From: Calcarisporiella thermophila CBS 279.70
Lineage: Eukaryota > Fungi > Calcarisporiellomycota
Direction: 5' to 3'
NCBI RefSeq assembly: GCF_041956535.1
Contig: NW_027192194.1
Span: 943,103-1,007,102, forward strand
DNA: 64,000 bases
Position numbers and translations under genes: made by a program
Part shown: in pieces, positions 35,997-54,553 of the stretch
Position numbering within the stretch: the first letter of the stretch is position 1
Layout: each line of letters begins with the position of its first letter
The notes under the pieces: model-generated
What the model was told of the DNA's origin: nothing
Database searches by the model: none
What the model saw: only the letters and a program-made list of their open reading frames with translations

Positions 35997-38288
35997 ATGC
36001 AGTCGCCGATGCAAACTAGCGAGAGATTTCCCGAGGGCGGGCTGATATGCCCGATATGCGAAGAATCTATGGTGTCTCTACATCAGCTTAATCAAGTAGG
36101 CTTCATAAATTTCAAGTTACATCTCGATCTAGGTTTGTTCTTATTCTCCAAAATTCATAGCATCTGGAAGACGTCCACCCTGAGGAGGGACCAAAAAAGG
36201 ACATCATGAATTGGTTTCGGAACGCACAAAAAAAAGTTTTCAATCCAATTACCAAGGCGGCTTCAAATCGCTTGAGCAATATTCCTAATCTTGTAAATGA
36301 GTTGAATCGTACTCTCGATCTTGGAGGCAGCTCTCCTTTTGCCGATGGAACCAATGGAAATTTGACGGAAAACGCGGCAGCAGAGATTGTCACTCGAGAA
36401 CATTGGCAAAAGGAGGGCCAAAACGATGTGTGCAATTCCTGTGGCAAATTACTGAATATATATACTGGAAAGCAGCACTGTCGAAAGTGAGGCAGATATT
36501 CTTTTGAATACTTTCTACATCTTTGCTACACGGATCATTTTTGATAGGTGTGGAAAAATATTCTGTGACTCCCACTGTCAGCTCTCGATGCGACTATCTG
36601 CGGCTGCTCAGCACGATCCGAACGGTTTCTGGTGTCGTGTATGTGAACAATGTTTCAAGTCTCGCGATGGTTACTCGCAAACCGGAGGTAAAATATCGTT
36701 GTCTCGACTGGTTTACGCCATTTAACTTAATAAAATGTATTCAGGCGTATACCGTAGCTGGACAAGAGATTTCATTCGAATGCGCAAGAAGACTATTGAC
36801 CGCGTTCATTTGGAACATAACAGAATCGAAAAGAGATTAGAAAAGGTATATGCAGTTTTAATTCAAATATGTTGCTGCGCTCACTTAAACAGAACGGATT
36901 TGCTTTCCACTAGCTTGCGAATATATATGCTAGCAATAAAACCTCTCTCCCTGGTACACTATCACCTGTTCCAGGCAAAAAGCTTTCGCTTTCGAATAGG
37001 ATTCGAGGTATATCGAATTGTAATTGTCTTTTAATATTTCTCTAAATGCCTTCGTGTTTAGAATTGGAAATGTCAGTTGTTAAATGGGAGAGCGACTCAG
37101 ACGTCTTAAACTGTCCTTTTTGCAAGTGAGTATGCTATGAATCAACCAGAATGGGATAATTAATCAATGGCTACGAACAATTTCTTCAGTGCTACCTTTA
37201 ACAAGTTTACTAAACGGAAACATCACTGCCGATTATGCGGGCGTATCATATGCGATGAATGCTCGGATACTGTTCCTCTTTTGCTTAATCTTGCCACTGG
37301 TACACTACTGAAAACTTTCGAGTGCAAGTACAATTTTAACTATATTTATTCTTTCCTTAAGATTCCATATTAGATGCCGTTGGTGATATCCGGGCTTGCG
37401 TCCAGTGTCGGGGCATAATACTTAAGTAGATAGCTCTCAACGAATTCAAATGAGAACAGATTTATTGACTTTTGCAACTAAGACGTAGGGAGGAAAAAAT
37501 ATTAAAATCGCGACAGCCGCCTGTCGTTAAGTTATATCAAGAGCTACAAGAGTATAGAAAAACAATAGATAATGAGCTGCCAAAATTTCAAGAAATGCTT
37601 TCCATGTTACAGTATATATTCTAAAGTTTCTGCCAATGCCCACTGAATTTCTCTTAACTTCCCTTCTATTTTTGCAGAAAGGATTCAGCCATCAGCCACG
37701 ATCACCAAGATTTCCATGCAGCAGCAGCGACTCGTAAAAAGCTTCTAGAAAACTTCAATAGTTTTGACGCGGCAAGGTAGAAAGCTCTTCACGTTTATTA
37801 GTCCTAACGATTACTTATCATGTCATGTATAACATTCTAATATTGATACTCTTAGCAAGCGACTTCTGGTGATACCAGCTCGAACTACTTATCAAAAACG
37901 ACTACATGAAAATATTCATCTTGCAAGCAACCAATATCTCCAGCAAAAGATGTTCCCACTTGCTATGCTGCCTAAAATCCTTAAACCATCCCAAACTAGT
38001 ACCTCTGGGGCTAACCATATCTCGAGCAACAGCAACCACAGAGGTGGTGATCAAATATCTTCTACGTCCTCTTCAAATGGTGGCTCAACAGGCACCCAGC
38101 AGTTATCATTAAGTGCGGATGATTTGGCTCGAGAAGAACAATTGGCAGTAATTAGGGAGCAGCGCAAGTTAGTGGAAGGCTTTTTACGTGATGCCAGTCA
38201 GAAGAGGAAGTTTGATGATGTCAAGACACTAAAAAGAAGTTTGGATGAGTTGGATGCTGAAATTGAACGTTTGGAGAGGAGTGCCTAA
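35997..38288 (+). CDS. PEP7: Pep7/Vac1/Rabenosyn-5 (FYVE-domain Rab effector)
   Basis: N-terminal C2H2 (ICPICEE...HLEDVH), first FYVE-like domain (HCRKCGKIFC), FYVE RKHHCRLCGRIIC, and C-terminal Rabenosyn Rab-binding helix (RKFDDVKTLKRSLDEL). Confidence 0.9.
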
Positions 38289-38698
38289 GTAGAATGGTGA
38301 GATGTGCGATTGATACCCTTATTTTCTGAATTTACAACATCCATCTTTTTTTTTAATATTTTGTTTTGATATCATTCTGCCTTAAATTCCACATCTTGTA
38401 CTTTTTCTTGGCATTTAACTTTAATAATTTTTTCTTACTCCAATGTTTCTCTATGAGCAGTACTTTATTTAGCTTATAACACAGGAAATATAAAAGAATT
38501 CGTTTCAGTAGCCAGGGAAGAGCTCTAAGGCGACCGAAAACTAAAAAACAAAGTGAATATTGTAAATAACAAGGAATAAAAGTGATGCCTTTCAACGAAT
38601 AAAAGCATGTTTAAGTAGTCTCAAGAATGGTTTAATTCTTAGAAAATTTATTGTTTGTATACTTTCGGAGAGAATAGAGGAAAGATAGTATGAGAGGC

Positions 38699-39614
38699 TT
38701 AACAAGCGCAACCGCCAAAATCTCTGGAGTCGTTAGAATCGATGCGGATTGTATCAGCAAAGGAATCACTTTGGTAAAAGAATACGGTTCGAATGAGATT
38801 GCCCGTCAATTAATCTATTCATTCATTCTCACCTATAGAGCTCGACATCGCCTTCTTGCTGCACTGCATTTCTAGCCGCCGCCGTGAAACAAGTCTCGAC
38901 GTTGATGGCCTCTTTAGCCGAGGTTTCAAAATAAGGCAGATTGCCCTTGCTTTGGCACCAAGCTATTGCGCGTTTCTGAGATACAGCACGTTTCGATTCC
39001 TCCACATCGATTTTATTGCCCAACACTACAAAAGGAAAATTCTCCGGGTCACGAGGGCTCGCCTGTACTAGAAACTCGTCGCGCCAGCTGTCGAGTGTCT
39101 CAAAGGACTTGGCATTATTCACATCATAAACAAGCACGCAGCAGTCAGCGCCGCGATAGAAGGCGACTCCAAGTGATTGGAAGCGCTCCTATCAGAAGGA
39201 ATTTAGAGATCTACTGGAATATAAAAAGCATAATGATATGGTGTAATTACTTGTCCAGCAGTGTCCCATATTTGCATCGTAACCTGCCGATCGTCAATTA
39301 CAATATCTTTCGTGAGAAAATCAGCGCCAATTGTCGCTTTGTATTGATTACTGAACTTTTTATTCACATACTGGTTCATCAGTGAGGTCTTTCCAACACT
39401 AGAAATTGGGAGAATCCATGATAAATTGTTAATTCCATTATTAACATCCATGTAATTATATAGAACGATATCGTTGAAATATGCTTACCCACTATCTCCT
39501 AGAATAATGACCTAGTTTAAGAGAATTTTGGTTAAGAGGTTAACCCCATGATTTTAGGGTAACAGATAAGAAATTAAGCACTACCTTCAAGAGTACTTTT
39601 TTTCTGGCTGACAT
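38699..39614 (-). CDS. YPT7: Rab7 small GTPase
   Basis: [50 protein letters not shown] and the C-terminal prenylation motif GGCAC. Confidence 0.97.
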
Positions 39615-39789
39615 TGCAATGGGTTAGATGCAACAAAGTTAATAATTAGGCAATCGAATCACAAAAATTTCTATCTCAATAGAGAGAATGTATAAAGCGC
39701 CAAAATGCGAAAGAATCGCGTATGCAGACTTCAATCGAATAATATGTAGAAGTCACAATTTAACAATTTTGCATTTGCTTTTTCTCTTT

Positions 39790-40895
<1,106 letters not shown>

Positions 40896-41293
40896 TACAA
40901 ATTATAGATTATTCAAATATCCTTCCCAATGGGTACGAAATATACAAATTTTCCTGTTTTGGTAACGTTATCTTGCTATCAAGTTGCAATTTAAACATTT
41001 CGTGGCTTATAATTTTGACTGCCCTCAAAAACCTTCAGATTCAAGTCATTGTTATTTTTTATCTTCAGAGCTGAGAGCGCGTTGTTTGAGTGATTAAGGA
41101 TCAATAAACTCTCAAATATTATTTCATTTTCTTTCGCGTCATAACCAGGATAGATCGCGACCATATTCACTGTTCCTTCTTTGTTTTTCATACAAAATCA
41201 CTCTTCCTGGCAATTTTCACTCTGGGTGTTCCTGATCTGGACTACCCATTTCTTGATTATAATTTCCTTGCTGATTGATCGCTAATTCTGACC

Positions 41294-45990
<4,697 letters not shown>

Positions 45991-47170
45991 GTAGCTCTCC
46001 TTAGTTTGCCATCCTCTTGGCACATTGTAAAATAGTCAGTTTTTTAGAGTTTTTTTTTAATCGTGATATATGTTTTTATAAATCTACGCTGTTTTCTTTT
46101 AAGATTCTGCCTTTTTTATTAAACAGTTTCTTGCATACAAAGAGATTCGTTAGTTCCCGCAGCAGCGAGAACGAACCTTGTTTGCGCCCAGCAAAATTAA
46201 ACATTGCACTCCATATGAACGGGTTTCATTACAATGAACCTATGATCGTCCATCTGCCTTGCACACATACAATAATACGTCGGAGGTTTAAATTATTCGA
46301 TTAACTTGGAGAGTAATTGCGCCATTTGGTTAGCAATAAGCGCCCGTTATTCTTTTTAATATACACCATTGTGCGGCTGATTTAAAAAGGCCGATAAGGA
46401 GAAATGTTGAGCAAAATAAATATCAGCTCGGAAAAGGAAAATGATCTACGTTTATGACTAAAATGTTTGGAATATCTTCGAAAGTCGAATATCTATTAGT
46501 TGTCTTTTGGGCCGGAAACTTGAATTTACATTTCTAGTTTAGAATCCGAGGATGTATCTTAATACTTCTTTCGTATCCATAAATATTATTCTGAAAAAAA
46601 AATACTGTATATCTCCATCGAAATAAGATCAAAAAAGCAGAGTTTCATTTGATTTTTTTGGTGCCTACTACAACAAAAATTTAAAAAAGCACAGAGCCCT
46701 GACCCCCCTTTCCCAATAACAAAAAACTAGTAAAATAAAAATATAATTGATTACAAGAAAAGAGAAGAAAAAAAAAAGATCTGAATACTTTTTTTCAAAA
46801 GAAAAATATTTCAAAGAGAAAGGGGAAATAAAGTATCATACAACGAATAAAGAGAAAAATTCTCACACAACACTTCACATAATAAAGAAAATAAAGCCAA
46901 GGAAAAGTGAGAAAAAATACATTATAAAGAAATCTAACCGCCAGTGTTAAAGAATGCATATCTACGTGATCCTTAAAGTAACGTTCCTTTGAAGTTTTGC
47001 AAAAAGCAATAAAAAAAAAAGGAGCAATTAGGCTAAATAACAAACACCAAGAGGTAAAAAAGAGTATAAGAGAAAAAGAAGAAAAAAAAAAATAAATAAA
47101 AGGCATTTTTATCTATCGATTTTTTTTTTGCGATAGAAAGCAAAAAAGGGGGTGCTTAGGGAAGGAGAAA

Positions 47171-50100
47171 TCATTTTGCATGTGGAAGTCGCGGATTTCC
47201 AGAAGTTGGTGAAGAGGAAGAGGAGCTTACAGGGGGTGGAAGAAAAGGCGCTGATGGCCACCGACGTCGATTTGTTGACCATATTGCGCTAGAAAATTCT
47301 CCCACAGGTCTCTCGCTACCCCCCGGTGTGGTTGGACCAGAGGAAAAACCTGCTGGAATGTCAGAGAGGCTATCGCTGATACTTAGTGGATGTGGACCAA
47401 CCTCTGAAGAAATATGGGGAGGAGGGGTCAAAGAGTGATGAGTATTTGGCGGGGGAATTCCCCCCGCTGCAGCTGAAAAGCTCCAAGCCCGCTGATTGCG
47501 GAACGCTGCCTGGTCGTCATGTCGACCAGCGAATGGTTCATGTGAAATGCTGCCAAAACGTCGTTGGCCGCCACTGGATGCTTTGAGTCGGGAGAGAGCA
47601 CCATTAGTTTTAAAGGCATTATGGTACGAAAATGGGGCATCGTTTGAGGGCATCCATCGATCGGTGAGTGAGAAGAAAGCTCCGGTGCCACTTGGGCCTG
47701 CTGAGGTATTTAAAGGTAGGCCATTTTCCCCTGCCATGCTTGTCAGTCCGACGGGACTTCCACTGCCGCCAATTCCACCCAGCCCACTAATACTAGCACT
47801 GCTGTTCCTTGTACTCAGCCGTGCCATTCCTGCTTCAATCTCGTCAGTCATGTGTAGACTCCCAAGCGAAGGCTGGTTTCGCAATGCTTCCGGAAGATCG
47901 TCTCCGTGATCGTCGGGCGTATCGAAAATGGCCCTTAAATCCGAAGACGATGTCGAATCCCGTATAGAGGTAGATGGGGTCACGTTCTTCCAGGGCGGCT
48001 CGAACGCATTTACGTCGTCAAATAGTCGGTAGCTTGAAAATCCAGAATGCGAACCCGCAAGTGAAGCGGAAGCGGCAGGATGGATAGTTTCGTTAGTGGA
48101 TGATGATACGGATGCGAGTAATTTACTATTAAAGTGTGGAAAAGCTCCCATGAACGAATCTGCGCGAGGGCGTGATTCCGTTTGCAGCGGAACCTGCTGC
48201 TCTTGTAAAAATGTGGTCAGAATTTGAATCGCGTTTGGAAGCCCATCGGCACTCCTACGCGAAAAACGAAAGAGGAAGACGTATTCGCCACCCTTCTCTC
48301 CGGAAGTTGAGATAGGAGAAGATGAAACCTCATCCACTAGACTATTTGCTCCTGTTGTCGAAGCAGGACTAGCGAAATTTTTGTGGGTAATTACTGGTGT
48401 AGATGTAGGTGTTGATCGAGCTGAGTGGGGCGGTGAAATCGGAGGGACTTCAAGCAAAATATCAAGCTCTTGTCGTATGCGATCCACTACTCGTGACTTG
48501 AACTCTACGTGGCCAAGACACATATGAAGTGCAGGAGAGCGAGGAAGACGTAACTCGTATTCTTCTGGGATCAGCTCCTGTAGGAGTTGGGCTGCAATTA
48601 TCGTCTGGTTCTCATGCCCGCTAATAACAATGTGATCTTCGCCCGTCTCTTTGAAGGGAAAATGAATCTTGGTGCCAGTTTTCGTTTCGATTTCTTGTAG
48701 ATAAGTGGCTTTTTCAGCGAGAAGCATGCGGTGGTATCGACGCGGGATGGTAACCGTTTGCTCCACATTGTCCTTATCCTAATGAGAGGGGAATTGGGCT
48801 ATGAGTTAAGTGTATGATTTAAATAAAAAATAAAGCTCACCTTTGTCCCTACCAACTCCATGACTGAATGCTTTAAATTGTCCAGGTTGAGCGCATTTTT
48901 AGCAGGAGTCCGTGCCACGACATTATCATTATTGTCAAAATAACCTCCCAATGTTGCAAACTCTTCTGCGTTCGAAAATTTGACATACACACCATATTTC
49001 TTCATAATGCGTTGGATATTTTTGCCTCCGACACCAATGATCCGCTTATGATATGACTCTGGCACATGAAACGAGATCTCTGCAGGCAACTCCTCTTGTA
49101 GCATTGCTAGGCCGTCGAAGGCTTTCGTTAAACTAGGACTTGTGATATCAATAAGGAAATTGTAATCATTCAAACTCGCAAAAGATATCTTGGCACTTGA
49201 TGTCTTCATAATTTTGTTAATCTTTCCGTTCTTTTTACCGCTGATAAACTCAAGGTGCTCGTTTGCGAGCTCCACTTGGAATTTTGTTTCCTGATGATAA
49301 GTCTACAATTGTCATTAAGTGAAGGTTAGAGTTATCATAGTGAAATTAATTTAAAATTAAAGTTTCATAAACCTTAATCAGATCCATCTCGTTGATCTGC
49401 TGATACGCGTTGCGGACAGCGCGCTCTGTACCGAATACCTCGAAGCATGAGCATTTGAAGGCAACCTCGGCACCTGAAGCCTGAGCGATTTGTGAGACGC
49501 AGGAAACTACTTGCGTATGAGATAGCGCAAAGCTTTTTGTCGGGTCAAAGCCCAAAATGCCGGGGAATGAGGGGGGAGAGGTGGAGCCTGACATAACCCA
49601 GAACTGGGCATGATAGAGTTGGCAAGCCTAGAAGAAAGAATCAGAATATTAAAAAAGGGTGCCATAAAATGGACGGCGTAAGAACATATAATTACCAATT
49701 GCATAACCATTCGTATTGTTCGCTCTACATTGACTCTGTTCTCGCCATATACACTAAGAACACCCCCTTGTGAACCAAGTGTAGGAAATGCCACATAAGA
49801 ACCTAAATTATGATTCGTTTAGCAAATACAATTTGGTAAAACTTTATAGTAATGGTAATATTAAAACGAAACTCACCATTATCATACATGATTTTTTTAA
49901 GATTTTCACGATTATGTACAAGTAGATAATCGATTTTCCGAGGAATCATAGTGGTTTCTTTGGAATACATACTTTGTGCCTAGTCAGATAAATAGAATTA
50001 ATAGAAAAATAGCGAATACCGGTTAGACAAATTTTCACGCACCTTCTGCGCTGCAAGCTTTAAAAGCATATCTTTGGCCCGCTGAATCCCTGGAACCTCA

Positions 50101-50970
50101 CCGGTCATATAAACGATATTTTCTTGTAGTTCATCCGACGAGGTGCATATAATTGGAGGAGAAAAATATATATTTGTGGCGGTTTCCTGCATAATTAGTT
50201 CGAGTTTGTCTCGTTTGCGACCGCAAATAATGTTGTGGAGTTTGCAATCAATCTCAAGTTGATCCACTCGTAGCCCAAGCTATGTCAACATAAGGTTGTT
50301 AAGATACACCCTTTACGATAAGAGTAAGGACATATATTTACCAATTCGTCCAATAACACCAAAGTTCGTAGCCGTGCTAGTTCAATGGCATCCCATGACC
50401 CCGTCACTACGATGTCAATTTGCTGTTCGCCACTCGAAGATAATGACTGGATCGATTGACGCTGTGTTTTTGTTGCCTCATAGAACAAAAATTTTGCCCC
50501 AGTAGAACGGGTAATCTCGTCGAGACTTGGCTTTACTGTTGGTTTCAGCTCTCCATCCAATGTGAATAATTCTGAGCGAGAAGTCCTTACGACTAGCTTT
50601 GACTACAAACAAAGAAAAAAATGAAGCCATAGAAGAGTGTCAACTGCAGAGATGATTTTCCCACCTTAATAGGATTTGACCGGAGTAAATATCCACGTGC
50701 TCCCATGACAGCCTGGTGGTTTCCGGATAATATGATATTATATTCTGGTTGCGGATCTAGTCCTCGGCTACGCACGGAGAATTTGTCCGCGGTGCAGAGT
50801 GCTGCCTGGATTCCGTATTGTTGCTGAACATGATCACAAAGAGCACGGAACTGCGAGGTGAGGGATTCATCGAGAGGCAATGGGTGATGAAAACTTGCCC
50901 TTGCACGATGCGCGAGCTCGCCGAGCGAGGAGGGCCTGGAAAAACAGAGCGAGAATACCAGCTGGTCCAT
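47171..50970 (-). CDS. Multi-KH-domain RNA-binding protein (Bicaudal-C/Mug60-like)
   Basis: KH repeats LHNIICGRKR, HLEFISGKKNGKINKIMK, YHKRIIGVGGKNIQRIMKKYGVYVKF and IPRRYHRMLL; long Ser/Pro-rich disordered C-terminus. Confidence 0.85.
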
Positions 50971-51788
50971 TCACGTAAGAATTCACCGGATCATGGAAGG
51001 GAGCGAGAAATGAATAAATAGAGGCGAAAAAATAAATAGGTAAATCTCTTCGGACGAATGCAGACGAAGGGCAACTTGAAGAGAGCAAGAATTATCGTAA
51101 CGAATAGTGGAAAAATCAGAAATAGGATAACGAAGGTGGCAATAGTAGAGATAAAAGATCGTGAATTGTAAAAGGGAATGAGCGAAATCGAACTGATAAT
51201 GCTTAATCAAAAGAAGTTTTTGCAAAGGTAAAGAAGAATATGGCGAGGGATCGTTTGAAACCTAATGAGAACTACTATTATACAGAGAATGAGAAGTTAG
51301 ATCTGGAAGATGCATTATATCTTTTTTTAATTCTCAATATTTATAGATATTTATGCACTTACAGTTACAAATATTAATACGACCAAATGATGACTTGGGC
51401 AGATCAATAAAAATCAGTTCGCTGTTTTTTATGAAAAAGCAAAAAAAAAAGTTTGTCTGCAGCAGACAGAAAAACAAGCGACTATTTACACTGTATGTAA
51501 AGAAGAGGAGTTTTTTTTTCCTTCTAAGCGTCGTTGATCTTGAGAGGGAAAATGAAACTCAAAATCGATGACGTACACTTTTAGCTTTTTCGCGTCCTCC
51601 TTGCCCTCGAAAACTACATAGGCATTCATTTATAATGGCACTTAATAATGCACAATTCAACTATAAAGTAAATACATATCTCCCCAAATATTCTGCTAAT
51701 TAACTCGCCCACTCAATTTTTACTCTATCATAAATAGTTTAAATCTTCTTTTCAGCCTGAATCTGCTGTCAAAAGTCAGAGCAACAAT

Positions 51789-53812
51789 ATGGAGGACCGC
51801 CAAGTACGCGTTATCTCTGATCTATATGCATTCCTGTAAAGTGATAAATACTGATTACTTTTGTTTTTGGCTTATAAAATAGGCAATACTTCAATCCACA
51901 AAGTCACCTTCGCCAACGGACAAACCTGAGATTAAAAAGCAAGTTTCATTTCTCGATGATCTTTGGCTTGACGGGGTGACGGATGACTTATTCGAACTGC
52001 TTGATCAGGCGATCCCAACAAAGCATGCCGATAATAAAGATTCAGGTAGAAGAGATACACAAGTGCAGTCAGATAAATTGGTTTCTCAATCTGAAGCGAA
52101 AAATGGCGATACATCTGAGCATTCGACAACCCATGATCATAGCAGTTTAAGTAACCTCGCAACCTCTGTCTCAGAATCGAAAACCACAAGTTCGATATCC
52201 AAGAGATTTAAGGAATTTTCAAATGAAAACAATTCGTTGACATCCCAGCGAGAAGTTAGCCCAATTCCTCACCCAGGCTCCGGAAAACAAACCCCCGGCA
52301 ATATGGCAACCGATCTGACAAGTCGTATGTTGAATACAAGTGTGGCAGCAGCTTGGCCACGAGTCCCTAATTATGAATCACGTATTTCACATTCGACGGT
52401 CAATTCTGATAACAAAAGTGAATTGCCTTACGTGGAAGATAAAACCTCTGCAGCACTTTCACAACACTGTACATACTCGGAAAGGAGACCACTGAGTGTC
52501 CTTCCTGGTCCTGCAGGAAATCTACCTCCACTGGTATGTATTCATCTAGATATTTTACCTGGATACAGTTAAAAAATTTTTTTAAATTAAATCTAGACTC
52601 CAGCAGAAAAGGAAGCGCTTTTCCGTTCAAAGCGTGGCAATCGGGGAAAAGTAAACGAAGTTACTACGACTGTTTGGAAATCGCCTACTTCCTCACCACC
52701 ATCCTCACGATTTAGTGGAAACTTGAATGCACCCAAGGAAGATGAATTTAATAGAGGAGCTTGGCTAATCTTATTAAAAGAATTAAATATACCCGAATAT
52801 AAACGTAATCTTTAACTATCTATGGTCACCTGAATGACATATATTTTATTCTGCTCTGTTTTATTTTCAGCTTCTGCCCTAGGTAGTGTGTCTTTACCAC
52901 CAGATTTAAGCAAAAACACTGTTCAAGCAATTCTTTCTGCGGACGTGACTAAGGCCACCAAGATACCAAGGATTATTCTATTGATTCGCGAACTTAGGAT
53001 GAACGATACAGATGCAGCAGTGGGGCTAATTGATCCGACAGGTGAGTATGATAAAACGGTCATATTTACTGTAAATGTAAGCTAATACTCTCTAATACTA
53101 GGTGAAATACAAGGCACAATCCATAAAAAAGTATTTGATGTTTATGGAAATAATGTTTGCAATGGCACTGCACTAGAGTTGATTCAGGTAGAAATTTATA
53201 GATATTCCTTCAGGAGCTTTTACGTTACTTATAATTTTTTATAAGGTCTCAATAATCACACCCTCTCCTCGCTCGAAATATCTAAATATCACCTTGTCTA
53301 ATATCAACCGCCTCTGCTCTCCACATTCGAATGCAATTTTAGGACCGATGGGACAGATTCAGTCTATTTCTGATAGACAAAACTCGGTAAATTTTGACTA
53401 CTTCACTTTTGATTGGCATTACACGACACTCATCTCCCCCTTTTTCTTTAACATTGGCTGCCAGCGAAAACTTCAAGCAATTTCACCGCTTCAGCTAAAA
53501 GACACCGTTCAAACTGGTGCTTCTTTTGTTGAAAACACATCGATGGACGATGAATCCGACGAAGAATGTGAACAGTTATTGCGAAAAAAGAAGCGACCTG
53601 ATATGCCAAATATAACTGCGCCCTCAACATCGAGCGCAACGCAAGCAGGTTATTCTCAGCCTGCATCTTCCTTGGAGGCGGCTAATTGTTCAATCGCTGC
53701 GGTAGCTCCTCCTAACATACCCCAAAAGGAAGAGAAATCTGAAGTTCGTGAAGAAGAAATCCGCGATTTATTATCTGGGATAGAAGGGGCATTTTCCGAT
53801 GAGGAATTTTAA
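51789..53812 (+). CDS. HROB: HROB/MCM8IP (C17orf53, DUF4539) OB-fold protein
   Basis: LPGPAGNLP motif; EFNRGAWL; spliced OB fold KIPRIILLIRELRMNDTDAAVGLIDPTGEIQGTIHKKV...GTALELIQVSIITPSPRSKYLNITLSNI. Confidence 0.82.
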
Positions 53813-54553
53813 CATTATATGCTTTATTTTACCAACTGTACGCTCGTTTTCGCATGTCTAAATACCTTTTGCTTGTATTTTATTTTTGTCTAAATCTCAT
53901 TCTTAATGTAAGTAGCTTGACCCTTTGATTTGTTTTTATTTCCCATTTTTATATTCGGCAATTTTATGAGCGGAACAGAGTTTGAATAGGTAACAACCCC
54001 CGCTGGGGCCAGATAGTGAGAATTTTTAGTTTATTTTTATATTTTATCTATCGCCCTGTCTCGCAACTTCCTTTAAAGAGAAACAAAAAGAATATTTTTT
54101 AAGCAAGATCGGGATTAGCAGCGAAAAGATTAATTGCAAAAAGCTCAAGTGCTGAAAGGATTGTGGTATATAGTATAATTGGTTTATTACATCTCCTCTC
54201 AAAGTTCCTTAGAATCTTTTCATTGAAGTTATCTTTTTCACGCTACCCATTATTTCCCTTATTCTCTTTTATCACTCTACCATCTATTTCCCTCCACTCT
54301 TTAATTAGCACTACTCATCCCATTCCTTGCCCGGCTTTCGCCATTAAGCCCGTGAGATCGATCCATCTCATTTTGCCAAACCACTGTAAAAACCACTTAC
54401 AAGAAACTCTAGAACACGAGAGCAGAGAATACTAGCAAGGAATCAAAAACATTTCTTTCAATTGGTGGATGCAAAGTGCATGCAAAATTGTGTCCGCGAG
54501 AATTCTAGGATTCAACAGATCTGGTGAATACATATTCCTTTAACTCATCTACA

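Noticed and set aside
46202-46212. CATTGCACTCC, identical to the U1A-binding loop of U1 snRNA
   Set aside because: No flanking stem, no U1 5' end and no Sm site.
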